This document shows positions 12,521 to 24,658 of a stretch of 64,000 nt of DNA, one piece after another. The stretch covers positions 417,116-481,115 of the forward strand of contig WELB01000007.1 of assembly GCA_009602725.1 (NCBI GenBank). The letters are read 5' to 3'. Position numbers and translations under genes: made by a program. This DNA comes from Spirogloea muscicola. Taxonomy: Eukaryota. How positions within the stretch are numbered: the stretch's first letter is position 1; the number at the start of each line of letters is the position of its first letter. The notes beneath the pieces are model-generated. The model saw nothing but the letters and a program-made list of their open reading frames with translations, was not told the origin of the DNA and did no database searches.

Positions 12521-13381
12521 CCAGAGGTCTGGGAAAATATCAATACTAGACAGGATCAATAATACCAGAGGAATGTCCTCTTATTACGAACTTAGGAGTC
12601 CTCTGCTATTTTTGAGATGGAATGGGATCTCACGATCAGGCAAGATCACATTTTCGGCACACGACTGCATGGACTGCAAAGCATTCACTACACCTTCGTG
12701 ATTGTGCTAGATTAGGACAGCCCAAAAGTTGGCAATTTGGCAAGATGTTATTATCTACGTTCACAATACCTGCCTGCAATTCAGCTGTGGACACTGTCAC
12801 TTCCCAAAAGACGGATGTCATTGGTCTGTTTCATGACAACCTATAAGCTGTGTAAGAGTTTCTTCGCGATTGGCCGGAACATTGACATGTCAATCTACAT
12901 TGTTCTCTGGCAAAATTTAGGAGTCTCATTGACCCAATGCTCTGGAACTCACCATGTTCCACCAGCAGGACACATGTCAAAGTGCTTGTTACTTCAGGAA
13001 TAGTTGCTACTTACATTCTTATTGCTACTTGCTCTGCTGCTGATAGTAAGATTCCGGTGAGACAGTCTTAAAATACTCAATTGATCCCCACGGGACATCA
13101 TTTGAGGAGCTACCGGAGTGGCGAGGTGCTTATTGATGTGCAGAAGTTATAGGAGACGTCAAACCGGCATACTTACCTGCACAAGTCATCCCAGAGTAGG
13201 TAGTAGGTGGCAATGTCAGTATGAATAAAATATCATCTTCTCATGTTCCTGTTGGTAGCTATTATTAGCTGTAATTGGCTGTTATTAGCCCTCATCTTTC
13301 CCCAGGGATGATGAAGGTAGGGTGGAGGATGATGATAGTGATGGTGGGGTAGTCAGCTCACCGGGGGTGGTGGCGGCGACC

Positions 13382-16300
13382 TCACGGGCGCGGCGGCGGA
13401 TGATTGCAGCAGTTAGGTGGCCAATTTGGGGGCGGCGGCGCCTTCACAGGCGGCGGCGGCGGATGATTGCAGCAGTTAGGTGGCCAATTTGGGGGCGGCG
13501 GCGACTTGGCGGGTGGCGGCGGCGACGCCTTGGGCGGTGACGGCGGTGGCCGCGGTGGTGACTTGGGAGGTGGTGGCGGCGACTTCGGCGGCGACGGTGG
13601 CGGCGACTTCGGTGGTGACGGCGGCGGCGACTTGGCAGGTGGTGGTGGCGGCTTGAAGGGCGGCGGCGGCGGCTTCGGCGGCGAAGGCGGCGGCGACTTG
13701 GCAGGGGGAGGCGGCGGCTTCTTGAGCGGTGGCGGCGGCTTCGGCGGTGATGGCGGCGGCGACTTGGCAGGTGGTGGTGGCGGCTTGAAGGGCGGTGGCG
13801 GCGGCTTTGGCGGCGAAGAGGGCGGCGACTTGGCAGGTGGTGGTGGCGGCTTGAAGGGCGGTGGCGGCGGCTTCGGCGGCGAAGGCGGCGGCGACTTGGC
13901 AGGCGGAGGCGGCGGCTTCTTGGGCGGTGGCGGCGGCTTCGGCGGTGATGGCGGCGGCGACTTGGCAGGTGGTGGCGGCGGCTTGAAGGGCGGTGGCGGC
14001 GGCTTCGGCAGCGAAGGGGGCGGCGACTTGGCAGGCGGAGGCGGCGGCTTCTTGGGCGGCGGAGGAGGTGACTTCTTGGGCGGCGGCGGAGGTGACTTCT
14101 TGGGCGGCGGCGGAGGTGACTTCTTGGGCGGCGGCGGAGGTGACTTCTTGGGCGGCGGCGGAGGTGACTTCTTGGGCGGCGGAGGAGGTGACTTCTTGGG
14201 CGGCGGAGGAGGCTTCTTCTTGGGCGGCGGTGGTGGAATGGGGTTGCAGCAGAGACCCTCGCGTCTATAGCCGGGGGCACACTCGCAAGTTGCATTGCCA
14301 GGGGACTGGAAGACACAGATCTGGTTGGGAGTGTTGCTGCAGTCCTTTGCGGGGTCGAAGGGCGTTGCCTGGCAAGGGTCGATCACTGGGAACACGATGG
14401 GGGGGTATTGTGAGCAATCTCATTAATTCTGATGGGTGTAAATCAGGATGCATACCACTGTGAATATGTTGCACTTGGCAGTGACACAGGACATCTTGGA
14501 GGGGGTCTGGGGATCCCATTTAACAGCATGGAGCCAGCACTTTGAATATACGTTAATAGTGGGTGGAAAGGCCAACCTGTCGTGCACCCAGTTAAGAAGT
14601 CATAGTTGTCTGCGCAGTTTTGACAGAAGGTGCCCGAGAAATGACCAGGTCCAGCAGTGGAGCAGTTGCACACGCCAGTGCCATTGGTGCCATCATTGCA
14701 GGTTGCACCATTGAGGCAAACTGCAGGTAAAGGGAAGCAGCTGGACCGCATGTCAGTATGTCAAAGCCATACATACTGGTGGCCAGCTGCCCTTGCGGTA
14801 CCATCCTCGAGGAGCCAGGAGGCCGAAGCTTACTGCACTCCAATGTACAGTTGGGGCCGTAACAGCCGGAGCCAACAGTGCAGCTGCCATCCAAAGGAGG
14901 GCAGAGGGGTGGCGGAATGACCACCACGGGGGCTGGTGCAGGGGCGACCAGTAGGGGGCCTGCACAGGATACCGGGATGCCAGTCAATGAACGTCTGACG
15001 TGAAATGAAGTGCTTCTCAAATAATAAGGTTGAAGGGAACAAGCGCATTGCAAGCTCTGAGTCGATGAGGCATCTATCGTACTTACCACAAACAGCGACA
15101 CCTGAGCTGATGAAGTTGCAAGGGGGGTTAGAGGAGCAGTTGAGGGGGGCTTCGAAGGGACTTCCAAGGCACCTGTCGATGACTGGGATCCATGACATAG
15201 GAGAGCTGTAAGCACCACTTGAGGCCTCTGGCTGGTCATCCACACCCTAGCGTGAAGGCCGTACTCATGCCTAATGTTAATTGTTGCAGTCTCTTCAACC
15301 TAGTCAAACTGCCACATGTTTTCTGGTGTATATCATTCGCATGTGACGAGTCAGAGGGGCGCATACTCTGGGTGCAGCCAGTCAGGAAGTCGTAGTTGTC
15401 CACGCAGTTTTGGCAGAAGGTTCCCGTGAAATGACCGGGTCCAGCCGTGGAGCAGTTGCACACGCCAGTGCCATTGGTGCCATCGCTGCAGCTTGCACCA
15501 TTGAGGCAGACTGCAGTGGACCCAAGGTAGTCATAGCAGTGAGCACAGTCAGTAGCCGCACGGAAATGGCTGAGATCATTGTCCTGCTACTTGATACAGT
15601 ACTCCTCAGACCGTTTGAAGCACGGTGTTGAGGCAAGGAGTGGCTGCAGCTTACTGCACTCCACCGAGCAGTTGGTGCCGTAGCAACCGGAGCCGGGATT
15701 GCAGCTGCCATCCGCAGGAGGGCACAGGGGCGGAGGGATGACCACCACGGGCGCTGGTGCAGGGGCGACCGGAAGGGGACCTGCACAGAGCCGGTGGAGC
15801 CTCCGATGGAAAAGTCAGAAATGCAATGACATTTGCGGCTCTGGAAGGAGGGCATGATGGATAAGTCGGAGGCCTTTATCTTGAGGCTCCAAAAGTGCTC
15901 ACCGCAGACAGCAACGCCCGAGCTGATGAAGTTACACGGGGGATTGGAGGAACAGTTAAGTGGGGCTTCGAATGGGCTTCCAAGGCACTTGTCAATGACT
16001 GAAAGATGAAACAACAAGCTGTGAGCCAGATCTCGTAGACTGTGGCTGGCACAGCCATGCATGCAGTAGCTGCAGAGGTCACATGCATAACAGCAACTAA
16101 CACGATGGGTTCACATTCAATCGGTTGTTCCATGCACACTCTCGCGTTTGCTGTAGTCTTACTGCGCATTTCAATTGAGGATGCCAATGCAGAGGAGGCA
16201 CATACTTTGCGTGCAGCCAGTCAGGAAGTCGTAGTTGTCCACGCAATTCTGGCAGAAGGTTCCCGCGAAATGACCGGGTCCAGCCGTGGAGCAGTTGCAC

Positions 16301-19065
16301 ACGCCAGTGCCATTGGTGCCGTCGCTGCAGCTTGCACCATTGAGGCAGACTGCGGTGGACCCAAGGTAGTCATAGCAGAGAGCACAGTCAGTAGCCGAAC
16401 GGAAATGGCTGGGATCATTGTCCTGCTACTTGATACAGTACTCCTCAGACCGTTTGAAGCACGGTGTTGAGGCAAGGAGTGGCTGCAGCTTACTGCACTC
16501 CACCGAGCAGTTGGTGCCGTAGCAACCGGAGCCGGAATTGCAGCTGCCATCCGCAGGAGGGCACAGGGGCGGAGGGATGACCACCACGGGCGCTGGCGCA
16601 GGGGCAGCTGCAATAGGACCTGTACATAGAAACCGCATCACAGGCTGAGCATCTGGCATCTGAATGCCCATCTGAACCTACATCTATGCTGCGAAGGGCG
16701 CTCATTTGCCAACCCTCCTTCTCAGACATGTGCAACGGTTCAGAAGGCAAAAGATCAAATGCAAACAGCAGCAAACGTGCTTGTGCTGAGACCTCACCAC
16801 AGACAGCAACTCCTGAGGAGATGAAGTTGCATGGTGGGTTGTCTGAGCAGTTGAGGGGCGGGGAGTAGGGCGAACCAAGGCACTCATCAATCACTGCCAC
16901 ATTTGCGAGTGAGGATCTCAGCAACAGCAGTGCGGGCGCGTTTACCAGACCCACAATGTCTGGCAGAATGACAATGGGGAAGAGGAAAGGGGAAGACCCC
17001 AATGGGGGTTGGGTGGGGGATGGACAAGGTGGAGTAAGAGGTTGAGGTAGGATGAGAGCCAGAGAGAGAGGAGAGAGGGAGTTTGAGGGAGAGGGGAGGC
17101 AGCAGGAAATGACAGAGGTAGGGTAAGAAAGGAGGTAAGATAGAGAAAGGTCTTTGTCAAACGTAAGTGGTGGCAAAGCAGACAAGTGGATAGCTGCAGC
17201 AGGAAAGGGGAAGCGAGAGGAGAGGTATGATGGAGTGTATGTATGTGGATTTGGAATACAACTACTACGAAGAGAACAAAAATGGGTTGATGGGTCTGAA
17301 AGGCAGGGGTTGGAACAGGGCAAGTCCTGAGTGAGCGTGTGCTTGTGCGTGTGCGTGTGCGTGTGCGTGTGCGTGTGCTTGTGCGTGTGCGCATGCGCGA
17401 GCGCGCAAGTGTGTGAGTGTATGATTGTGTGTTGAGTGTGCTGTTAAGGTGTGAAAAGATGTGAGAGAGGGAAAGTGAGAGTGAGGTTTGAGCGTTGCGT
17501 CTGGTGTGTGCGTCTGGTGTGATGGTCGGTGTGTGGTGTTATGTGGTGTTATCTGTGTGTTGGTGATGTTGAAGTGCTGGAGTGCCAGGGTGTCAGGGTG
17601 TCGGGAGTTGGTGCATCGGTGTGTCGGTGTGATCTAGAGCGAGAGCGAGAGCGAGAGCAGTGGTGGGTTTGTTAGAGTAGTGGGTTTTGTAATCATTCGA
17701 GTGTGTGGATGTGGGAATGAAAATGTGTGTATGAACATAGGTGTGTAAGGTGTGGGTACATTTGAGAGTGTGGTGTGAAGGTATCTGTGAGTGTGACTGT
17801 TGGTGTGGGTAGTCAGAGGAAGGGGGTGGTTAGGGGGATGGGAAGGTGAGGAGGATGCACATGGAGACGAAGACAGCAAGGAGAAGAGAGTGGAGTGGAG
17901 GGAAGAGGGATAAAAGTGGAAGGGGTGGGGGGAAGAAGTGAAGAGAGATGATGGTGCGGACCAGAACATGGCCAACAAAGGGGACCCTTGCATCATACCT
18001 TGCGTGCAGCCAGTGGAGAAATCATAGTTGTTGACGCAGTTATTGCAGAAGGCTCCAGCGAAGTAGCCAGGGCCAGCTGTCGAGCAGTCGCACGTGCCAT
18101 TGCCGCTTGGACCGTCAAAGCAGGTAGCACCATTGAGGCAGACTGCGGATCACCAGTGCAGGCCACAATGCACACGCGATAAGTCAGCCAGCGGGGGCAA
18201 CCACAAGGCCAGCATCCATGTGCCATGCATCGAAGCCGCCGCAAGCACGCCGCGAACTTGTAGGCAAGCAATACATGGATGTCGTAGAGTGGCACAGACT
18301 CAATGGGGGGGTCAATGATCATGAAGGCACATCAGGTCCCCCCCCTGCTCTGCTGCATCTTGTGCTTCTTGCTGAGCATGCCAGAAACGTGCAGAGGGAG
18401 ATAGCTCAAGCGTTGACATTGACTTTGTGAGGCATGGGCAGAGGAGGAAGCCAATATGCTTACTGCATTCCGTTGAGCAGTCGCTACCATAGCAACCGGA
18501 TCCCACCACGCAGCTGCCATTGGCGGGAGGGCACAACGGCGGCGGGGGCACAACCTCCGGCGCGGGTGCTGGGGCTGCACAAGGGCAGCAACTGCGCACG
18601 TCACTCGACATCCGAGCAGGAGGAGCACTTGCCAGTCTAGGACCTCCTGGGACTGCCTGTTGCAAGCCTGAGTGCACAGGATGTGCGCCAGCTGCAGGCA
18701 TGCTGGGGACCTGGACTGTGCCCCGAGGCTGGGCTTAGATGCAATTGCAGCTTGTACTTTGCAGTTCAGGCGGATCTGTGCAACACTTGGGATAGATGCA
18801 GCAATGTGACGGCGTCCACCAAGCCCCATGTGCACCCCACAGAAACGCCTCTCAGTCCCCTGCTGTAGACAGCTGGCACGCAGCTTGTGACCAGCAGCTA
18901 GCTGTCACCCTGGTAGGCGGAGATTGCAGCTCTGACGATGCTGCGCACCCTTCGAGCGGGCAACGTCATGTGGGAGCACACAGGTACGCGAAGCTCACCT
19001 TGGCCCCGGGCAACACAGGCGAGGGCCAGCAGCAAAACCGCCACGATCACGCCAGCCCGCACCAT
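13382..19065 (-). CDS. Secreted chimeric cell-wall protein: four Cys-rich EGF/laminin-like modules plus an extensin-like Pro/Lys domain (~807 aa)
   Basis: 13 exons: 19065-18999, 18574-18464, 18142-17999, 16893-16798, 16619-16494, 16349-16206, 15998-15903, 15780-15655, 15510-15367, 15182-15087, 14959-14834, 14720-14577, 14385-13382. Signal peptide MVRAGVIVAVLLLALACVARG; repeats GCYGTNCSVECICLNGASC..CNC..G.F.GTFC..C; C-terminal KKSPPPPP / AKSPPPSPPKPPPPP repeats. Confidence 0.88.
13390..14237 (-). repeat. Coding minisatellite of the extensin domain (24-bp KKSPPPPP and 66-bp AKSPPPSPPKPPPPPFKPPPPP units)
   Basis: Direct tandem repeats. Confidence 0.9.
16975..17960. repeat. Intronic low-complexity GA/GT-rich tract containing a (GTGTGC)n-type run
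   Basis: Purine/GT skew; gtgcgtgtgc repeats at ~17335-17395. Confidence 0.7.
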
Positions 19066-19329
19066 ATTGCCTCTGCGGGCGCCCCCGCTGCTGCGCGGGG
19101 GTCCTGCAGCTGCCGTTTGCACAATGAGCACTGAGGCTGCACTGGCTTTTAAGACGGTCTCGGGAGGATCAGTGATGGCCGGACCAGCCCAGGGGAGGAG
19201 GGAGGGCGAGGAGGGGGGCGACCAGGGTGGACGTCGCCACCGCCCCTCCGCAGGTAGGTCTGGTGAAAAAAGCCCGTATTTACGTCCCAACCCCCAGCCA
19301 CAACCTCCGCGCCTGCTTCCGTAAGGCCC

Positions 19330-19815
19330 CCTCTCTCTCACCACACTCTCACCTCCTCCCTCACCGAATTCGATCCTCCAATCCGCTCCTCCCGCTCCCT
19401 CTCCCTCCCTCGCCTCTGCTCCGCCTCCCCTCTTGCTCTCACCGTTCTTCCTGATTCGCACCCCCCTCCCTCACCTCCCTCCCCCCCATCCATCGCCCTC
19501 TCTCTCCCTCTCTCTCTCCACATCCCCCTCTCCACTCTCCCTCTCCCTACGCCTTCTCGCCCTCTCGCCTTTTACAGCCACTGCCTCGAATCAGAGGAGC
19601 TGTCTCTTCCGCTCTTAATCTCCCTTCTCCTTCCCCTCACCCACTCTCTTTCGCTCGTCCCCCGCCCCTCTCTCCCCCCTCTCTTCCCCTCCCTCCTACC
19701 TCCTCTCTCTTTCCAGCACCACCCCGTATCTCTCTTTTCTTCCTCCCTCCCCCATCTCCCCCCCCACTCACTTTCCCCCACCCCTCCCTCTTACCCCCCN
19801 CCCGGCCCCTCCCTC
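19330..19815. repeat. C/T-rich low-complexity tract
   Basis: Polypyrimidine composition, ending near an N. Confidence 0.7.
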
Positions 19816-20359
19816 CTGCGCTCGCCCCACTTTCCCGCCGAGCCGGGCAAAGGGGCTGGGCGAAAGATTTCCGGGGTCACAAGATTCCCCCCGGCGGCAT
19901 CTGCCGGCAGACGGGAGCCAATGGCTGCGCGGAGACGGGATGCCGTGGGGGCCGCCGCGGCGGGCGGGCGCACGCCTACCGCGGGGCAGCCATGGCGGCC
20001 CGCCGTGGCGCCCAGCGAGCCGCCATAGCGCCATGCACCGCGCCAGCGGCGGCCGCTTGGAGAGTAGCGAGGCCCCCCCCTGCCCCGACCTTCGGCCCCC
20101 GGGGGGCCCGGATGGGCGGCCCGGGCGGGCGCCGGGCCCACGGCGGCGTGCCGGCCACGCAGCAGCGAGCGCGCCGTCACCGTGCCAGCCGCTATGGCCA
20201 GCAGCTCGGCACCCGCCACCTCCAGCTGGCCTCTCCCCTCTCTTTTGAGCTTCCTTTTGACCTTCCACTCATTTCGGCTGGCCTGTCGGATGATTCTGCT
20301 CTTAATGAGAACACAATTAATAAGAACAAAGTCCGAAGGGGCCAGAAAGAATTTGCTCG

Positions 20360-20670
20360 CCCACAGAGGGTAGGGGCTGGGAAGAGCCCAAAAAGAATGG
20401 ACAAGGTCCAACGAGCCAATAGGTGCCAAAAAGAAGAACCACACAGCTAGACACTACACGACCGCAGATGGAAGCTCAGTACCCCTGAGTGAGCAGCAAC
20501 AAGTCCGAGTAACTCGCAGCAATAAGAGGAGGCGATGGCTGTCAAAACAAGAAGAAGGGCTCGTCCATTGCGGATAGGGGCTGGAAAAAGCCAGCCCAGA
20601 AAAGAATGAACAAAGGACGAGAAGGGGCCAGGGGAAGCACTAGAAAAACAAGCAAAAAGAAACTAAGCAG
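20360..20670 (-). mobile_element. Nested CRE-like 3' fragments
   Basis: Two 3'UTR/hairpin copies; the second (~20550-20670) ends in CCCTTCTTCTT. Confidence 0.65.
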
Positions 20671-20821
20671 CTGTGAAAAGGCCCGCGCACACAACCGTGG
20701 ACAGTCATCGCGGCCTGTTGGACGACGAGCTTCTTCTCCTCTTTGCTCTTTGGACATTGTCCTTACTCCTCTTGGGGCTGGCCAACAGAAGGCAGGGACT
20801 GTAAAAAGCCAGCCAAGAAGA

Positions 20822-21814
20822 GAGAGGAAGGCGCGCGGTGCGCATGAAAATGAAAGGGAGGCCAAGTGACCCTTACAAAAGTCCAGGTAACGGGGCAATG
20901 AGCTAGCTAAGAGAAACACTAATATCCTCGAGTGAGCACATTTCTTTCTGACAAGCTAAGCTGAGGAGCCAGACCACCGCCACGGAAGCCATTAGCCTGG
21001 CCTAATGCACGCCCAGCACGCTGGTGAATCGCGAGTGCCTGCGAGCGCTGCAGACTCAATGATAGCCGCATTCTATAGCATGCAACCATGGCTTACGGGA
21101 CGCTAGAATGCTCTAAGCTACCCGCCCAACTACGGCGGCAAGCATCGTCATTCTGTGCCAGGCGATGGAGGAGGGAAGATCACTTCGTTCCGTAGACGCC
21201 GTAGATGTCCATGGCGCATGGGAAGAAGTGGTTGCCCCGGGGCTGGTCCTTATGATGTCGTTCCTTCCTCTTCTCCGCATAATGTGTCGCCCAACCTGAC
21301 ACGATCGGTGTCGGTGCCCCTCATTGGAATGCGTCGATAAGAACAACGTCGAGGAGGAGACGAGGCCCACCGCTCCGGGGGTAGCAACCACATCCAGACG
21401 CCTGGTGTGAGGTCTGCCGCGCTTCTGGAGTACCGGCATGATGCCCGGCACCTCCATGGCTGCGTGGTAACCTGCCTCGCGCACAAAGCCGTACATCGCG
21501 TCACTTAGAAACTTGTGGGAGGCATTACTTTCACCTCCCTCAACACATCGAAGGATGTGGGCTGCCAGCGAGATCTCGTCCTCCAAACGATGGCCACATT
21601 CACACTCGCGAATGCCAGCCAAACAAAGTGGGGGGAGGCCGAGATGGTGGTGGACAGCCGTCCGGAAGAGTTCGTCGGAGAGGCGAAGGGACTCGTAGAT
21701 AGGCAAAGCGTTGAGCCACTCCGACGCCCCCAGAGAGCTTATTGACTGTAGACGAGAGAGCCCACGCCCATCCTCCTTGAGCAGAGCCTTCTCACCCGCG
21801 GGTACCAACGTCAC
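20822..21814 (-). mobile_element. Longest CRE-like RLE non-LTR fragment (CCHC finger + RLE + 3'UTR), frameshifted
   Basis: GASEWLNALP..LRLSDELFRTAVHHHLGLP, CECGH..HILRC, RRLDVVA, then YRMRLSLSLQRSQALAIHQRAGRALG, and a 3' end CATGCGCACCGCGCGCCTTCC. Confidence 0.85.
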
Positions 21815-21955
21815 ACTGTCACCTTAGCCACCGTAGCTTAGTGCTTCATTTCATGTAGCCCCACAGTCTGCAGAGGCTTTTGCCTGAACAGTGTATTGGC
21901 TTGAATCGGCCGCCCTTTTAACTCATGCGCACCGCGCGCCTTCCCCCGGCCTCCC
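21810..21955 (+). mobile_element. CRE-like 3'UTR fragment
   Basis: Similar to 9117-9240, 27125-27260 and 63325-63450; ends CATGCGCACCGCGCGCCTTC. Confidence 0.65.
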
Positions 21956-22126
21956 CCTGCCCGCCGGTGGCGACCTCCCGAGCTGCGGCGCTGCCGCTCA
22001 TCTGCCCGTGTGCTGCTGCTCCATTTGTCGCGCTGCGCTCCCAGGGGCCCGCAGGACGTCATGCGGCGCCTCGCCTCCCCGCACCTCGCCCACCGCTCAA
22101 CCACACGCTACTGTCCACGACCTGCC

Positions 22127-22448
22127 CAGGTATACCGCATGCGATTTGTCAGTCTCCCTTCAGCGGTCCATGGCCCACGCCTTGCATCTGCGTGCTGGCC
22201 GTGCTCTCGCTGCGGCCTCAGGCTTTCGGCAGGGGGATAGTTTTCCAGCAGCTAGTCTGTCGGATTTGAGGCTCCTCACTCGTACCTACTGAGTGGTCCA
22301 TCCTCCCCCGTTCTGACATAGCATCTTCAGGCCCTTTCGTAGCTGCTGAGCGCTTTTTAGGCCCCTCCGTCATTTGGCCCCTTCGAAACCTTTGTCAATC
22401 TTTTCGGGCTGGCTTTTTACAGCCCTGGCCCCATTGGGAGTGCCACTT
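22127..22448 (+). mobile_element. 5'-truncated CRE-like copy with a 16-bp TSD
   Basis: QVYRMRFVS..SLQRSMAHALHLRAGRALAAASGFRQG..LLTRTY*; TSD CT(G/T)TCCACGACCTGCC at 22111-22126 and 22449-22464. Confidence 0.85.
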
Positions 22449-23119
22449 CTTTCCACGACCTGCCATGCTCTGCTGGCCCCCACAGGTGAATGCGAGACTC
22501 CGCGTCTCTGCCGGCGCGTGCGGCACTCGACGCGGCGGCTCGCCGGCAGCTGTCGGCGGCGCCACAGACGGCGGGCCCGGTACTAACTATCTCGAAGGTC
22601 GGATGCCAGCAACGTCGAAGGTGCAGTCGGGGCTTACGCAGTCCCGGCCGGGCGAATCTCGCGGCAGCGCGCAGCGCATCTTTCGCCGGACGCGACGGCG
22701 GCTGCCGCGGAAGGAATCTTTGTAGGGGCCGCTTCACACGACCTAGGGCATCCAGATACGATCCCGCAGATTGCGCCACCTCCCCGCCCGCCGCGCACCG
22801 GCGCCGGCGGCCAGCTCGGCCAACCGCCGCGAGTATTGTCGCGGCCCGGCAGGTTTTGGTTCAGATTCGTTGCCGTTGCCGCAGCCGCCGCCGCCGCCGT
22901 CGCTCCCGCCGCATTCTACTATTGTCCTTCCACCAGTCAGGCCACTGATTGTCCTCCACTTGGCTTGCGACTACCTGCCCATCGCGGCTTGCACGGGCCG
23001 CCGTGGCCCACGGGGGGATCTGAAAGGCCAGATTCAGATTCCTGGACGGACCACAGTCAATGTACCTAATCTTCGCCTCGTCCGGTTGGCCCTCCAGATC
23101 AGAAACAGCTCTTCCGTTG

Positions 23120-23324
23120 ATTGTGGATAGTTTTTCGGCAGCTAGTCTGTCGGATATAAGGCTCCTCACTCGTAACTACTAAGTGGTCCATCCTCCCGCG
23201 TTCTGCCATAGCCTCTTCAGGCCCCGTAGTCGCTGCTTAGCGTAGTCTGGCCCATTCGAACCTTGTCAATTCTTTTCGGGCTGGCTTCTCATAGCCCTTG
23301 CCCCCATTGGGAGAGCCACTTCTT
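23120..23324 (+). mobile_element. 5'-truncated CRE-like copy with a ~9-bp TSD
   Basis: ORF end AASLSDIRLLTRNY* plus 3'UTR; TSD CTTCCRTTG at 23111-23119 and 23325-23333. Confidence 0.75.
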
Positions 23325-23582
23325 CTTCCATTGTACGGCAATTGCTGTGAGAGGCCAGCCCAGAAGAAATGCATAAGGTCTGAAAGGGGCCGAAAGGCGC
23401 AAACCCTCTATGACTCCAAATTCAGATCCCCTAAGCTCCAACGTCATTGAAGCCGCAGGCAGCAGGCAGCATTCATGCTCGGCCGCACTGATGTAACTCG
23501 CAGTGCGCTGTTTCATCATTGAAGAAGATGGGCCGACAACAGGGCTACGGTCGTCTTGCGCCAACACTCCTCTTGTGGACTC

Positions 23583-24114
23583 TCAGTAACCTCTAGTTAA
23601 GAGATGCAAGTCGGAACAGCTAGCAGGCGGATAGACGTCGCCCTGACGGAAGCCGGAGGCCGCAGCCAAAGCGCGGCCTGCACGCAAGTGAACCGCGAAG
23701 GCGAGGGACCGCTGCAAAGGGATGGCCAAGCGCATCCGGAAGACTTGAGCGAGGGACCCGGCGACGTTGAAACCAGGCTGCTCGCCCAGCTGCCCGTGGC
23801 GGCGGGCCACGGCGCACTGCGCAAGGCGGTGAAGCAGGTGAAGCCATTCTGTGGCAATGGCTCCGTGTACGTCGACGGCGAGTGGGACAAACTCGTCGCC
23901 CACTGGGTGATCCGAGTATTTCCATTCTCTTTGCGCCCGCCGCTTGGCGGACTGCGTAGCCCGCCTCCTCCGACGAGCGTTTGGCGCTCCTGGAATCAAA
24001 GCAGTCAGTCGTGACAACTTCGGCAATGAGCCGAGGCCCCCCCCTGAGCGCGCTGGCGACGAGATCGGCGCGCCGGGTGTGGAGGCTGCCGTCCGCCCCA
24101 GCGGTCAGAGGCAC
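23583..24114 (-). mobile_element. CRE-like RLE endonuclease domain fragment (one frameshift)
   Basis: RRADLVA..LIAEVVTTD..AK / KYSDHP..EFVPLAVDVHGA..RLAIPLQRSLAFAVHLRAGRAL, a PD-(D/E)xK-like arrangement. Confidence 0.85.
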
Positions 24115-24169
24115 GATGCTGAAATTCTCCAGCTCTCAAATAGAAGAACAAATGTCGCTGTAGTCTCTT

Positions 24170-24630
24170 GCATTAGCTGAGTGCTTTGAGCACCTTTCGG
24201 CCCTTGGACCTTGTCCATTCTCTTGGACCTTGTCCATTCTTTCTTGGCTGGCTTTTCACAGCTCCTCGCCCCTTTTGGATCAGCGTACTTGTTTTTTGTC
24301 CAATCTTTTCGGGCTGCCCTTTCATAGGGCATCACCCTTGCCGTTTACATCCAAGGGGCGTTCAGCGCTCGGTGGCTCGAGCTCCTGCTCCGACTAGCAG
24401 GAAATTGGAGTGTGTATTAAGTGATGGAGGGCCTGTGTGGCCAAGTACAAAGGCAAGCACATTGACAAATGCGCATCACGTGATGCTAAGTGACCCGCTC
24501 AGTAACCACGAGTCAGCATATAGAAGAAATGGCGGGCCCATAATGAAGAGGGGCTGGCAGAGGCCACAGACAAAATCCAAAGAGCCAAAAAGATGCCGAA
24601 AAGGAGAATCACACGGCTAGACACAAGACG
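24170..24630. mobile_element. Cluster of short CRE-like 3' fragments on both strands
   Basis: CCTTGTCCATTC..GGCTGGCTTTTCACAGC; GTGATGGAGGGCC..CAAG segment shared with 46320-46360 and 63620-63660. Confidence 0.6.
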
Positions 24631-24658
24631 ACGCACCGGGAAATTCAGGGCTACTTTA

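Noticed and set aside
13467..14270. Gly-rich plus-strand ORF
   Set aside because: Antisense shadow of the Pro-rich exon
22861..23125. INGRAV..YIDCGPSRN as a retroviral-type protease relic
   Set aside because: The motif is imperfect (no DSG/DTG) and there is no gag or RT nearby
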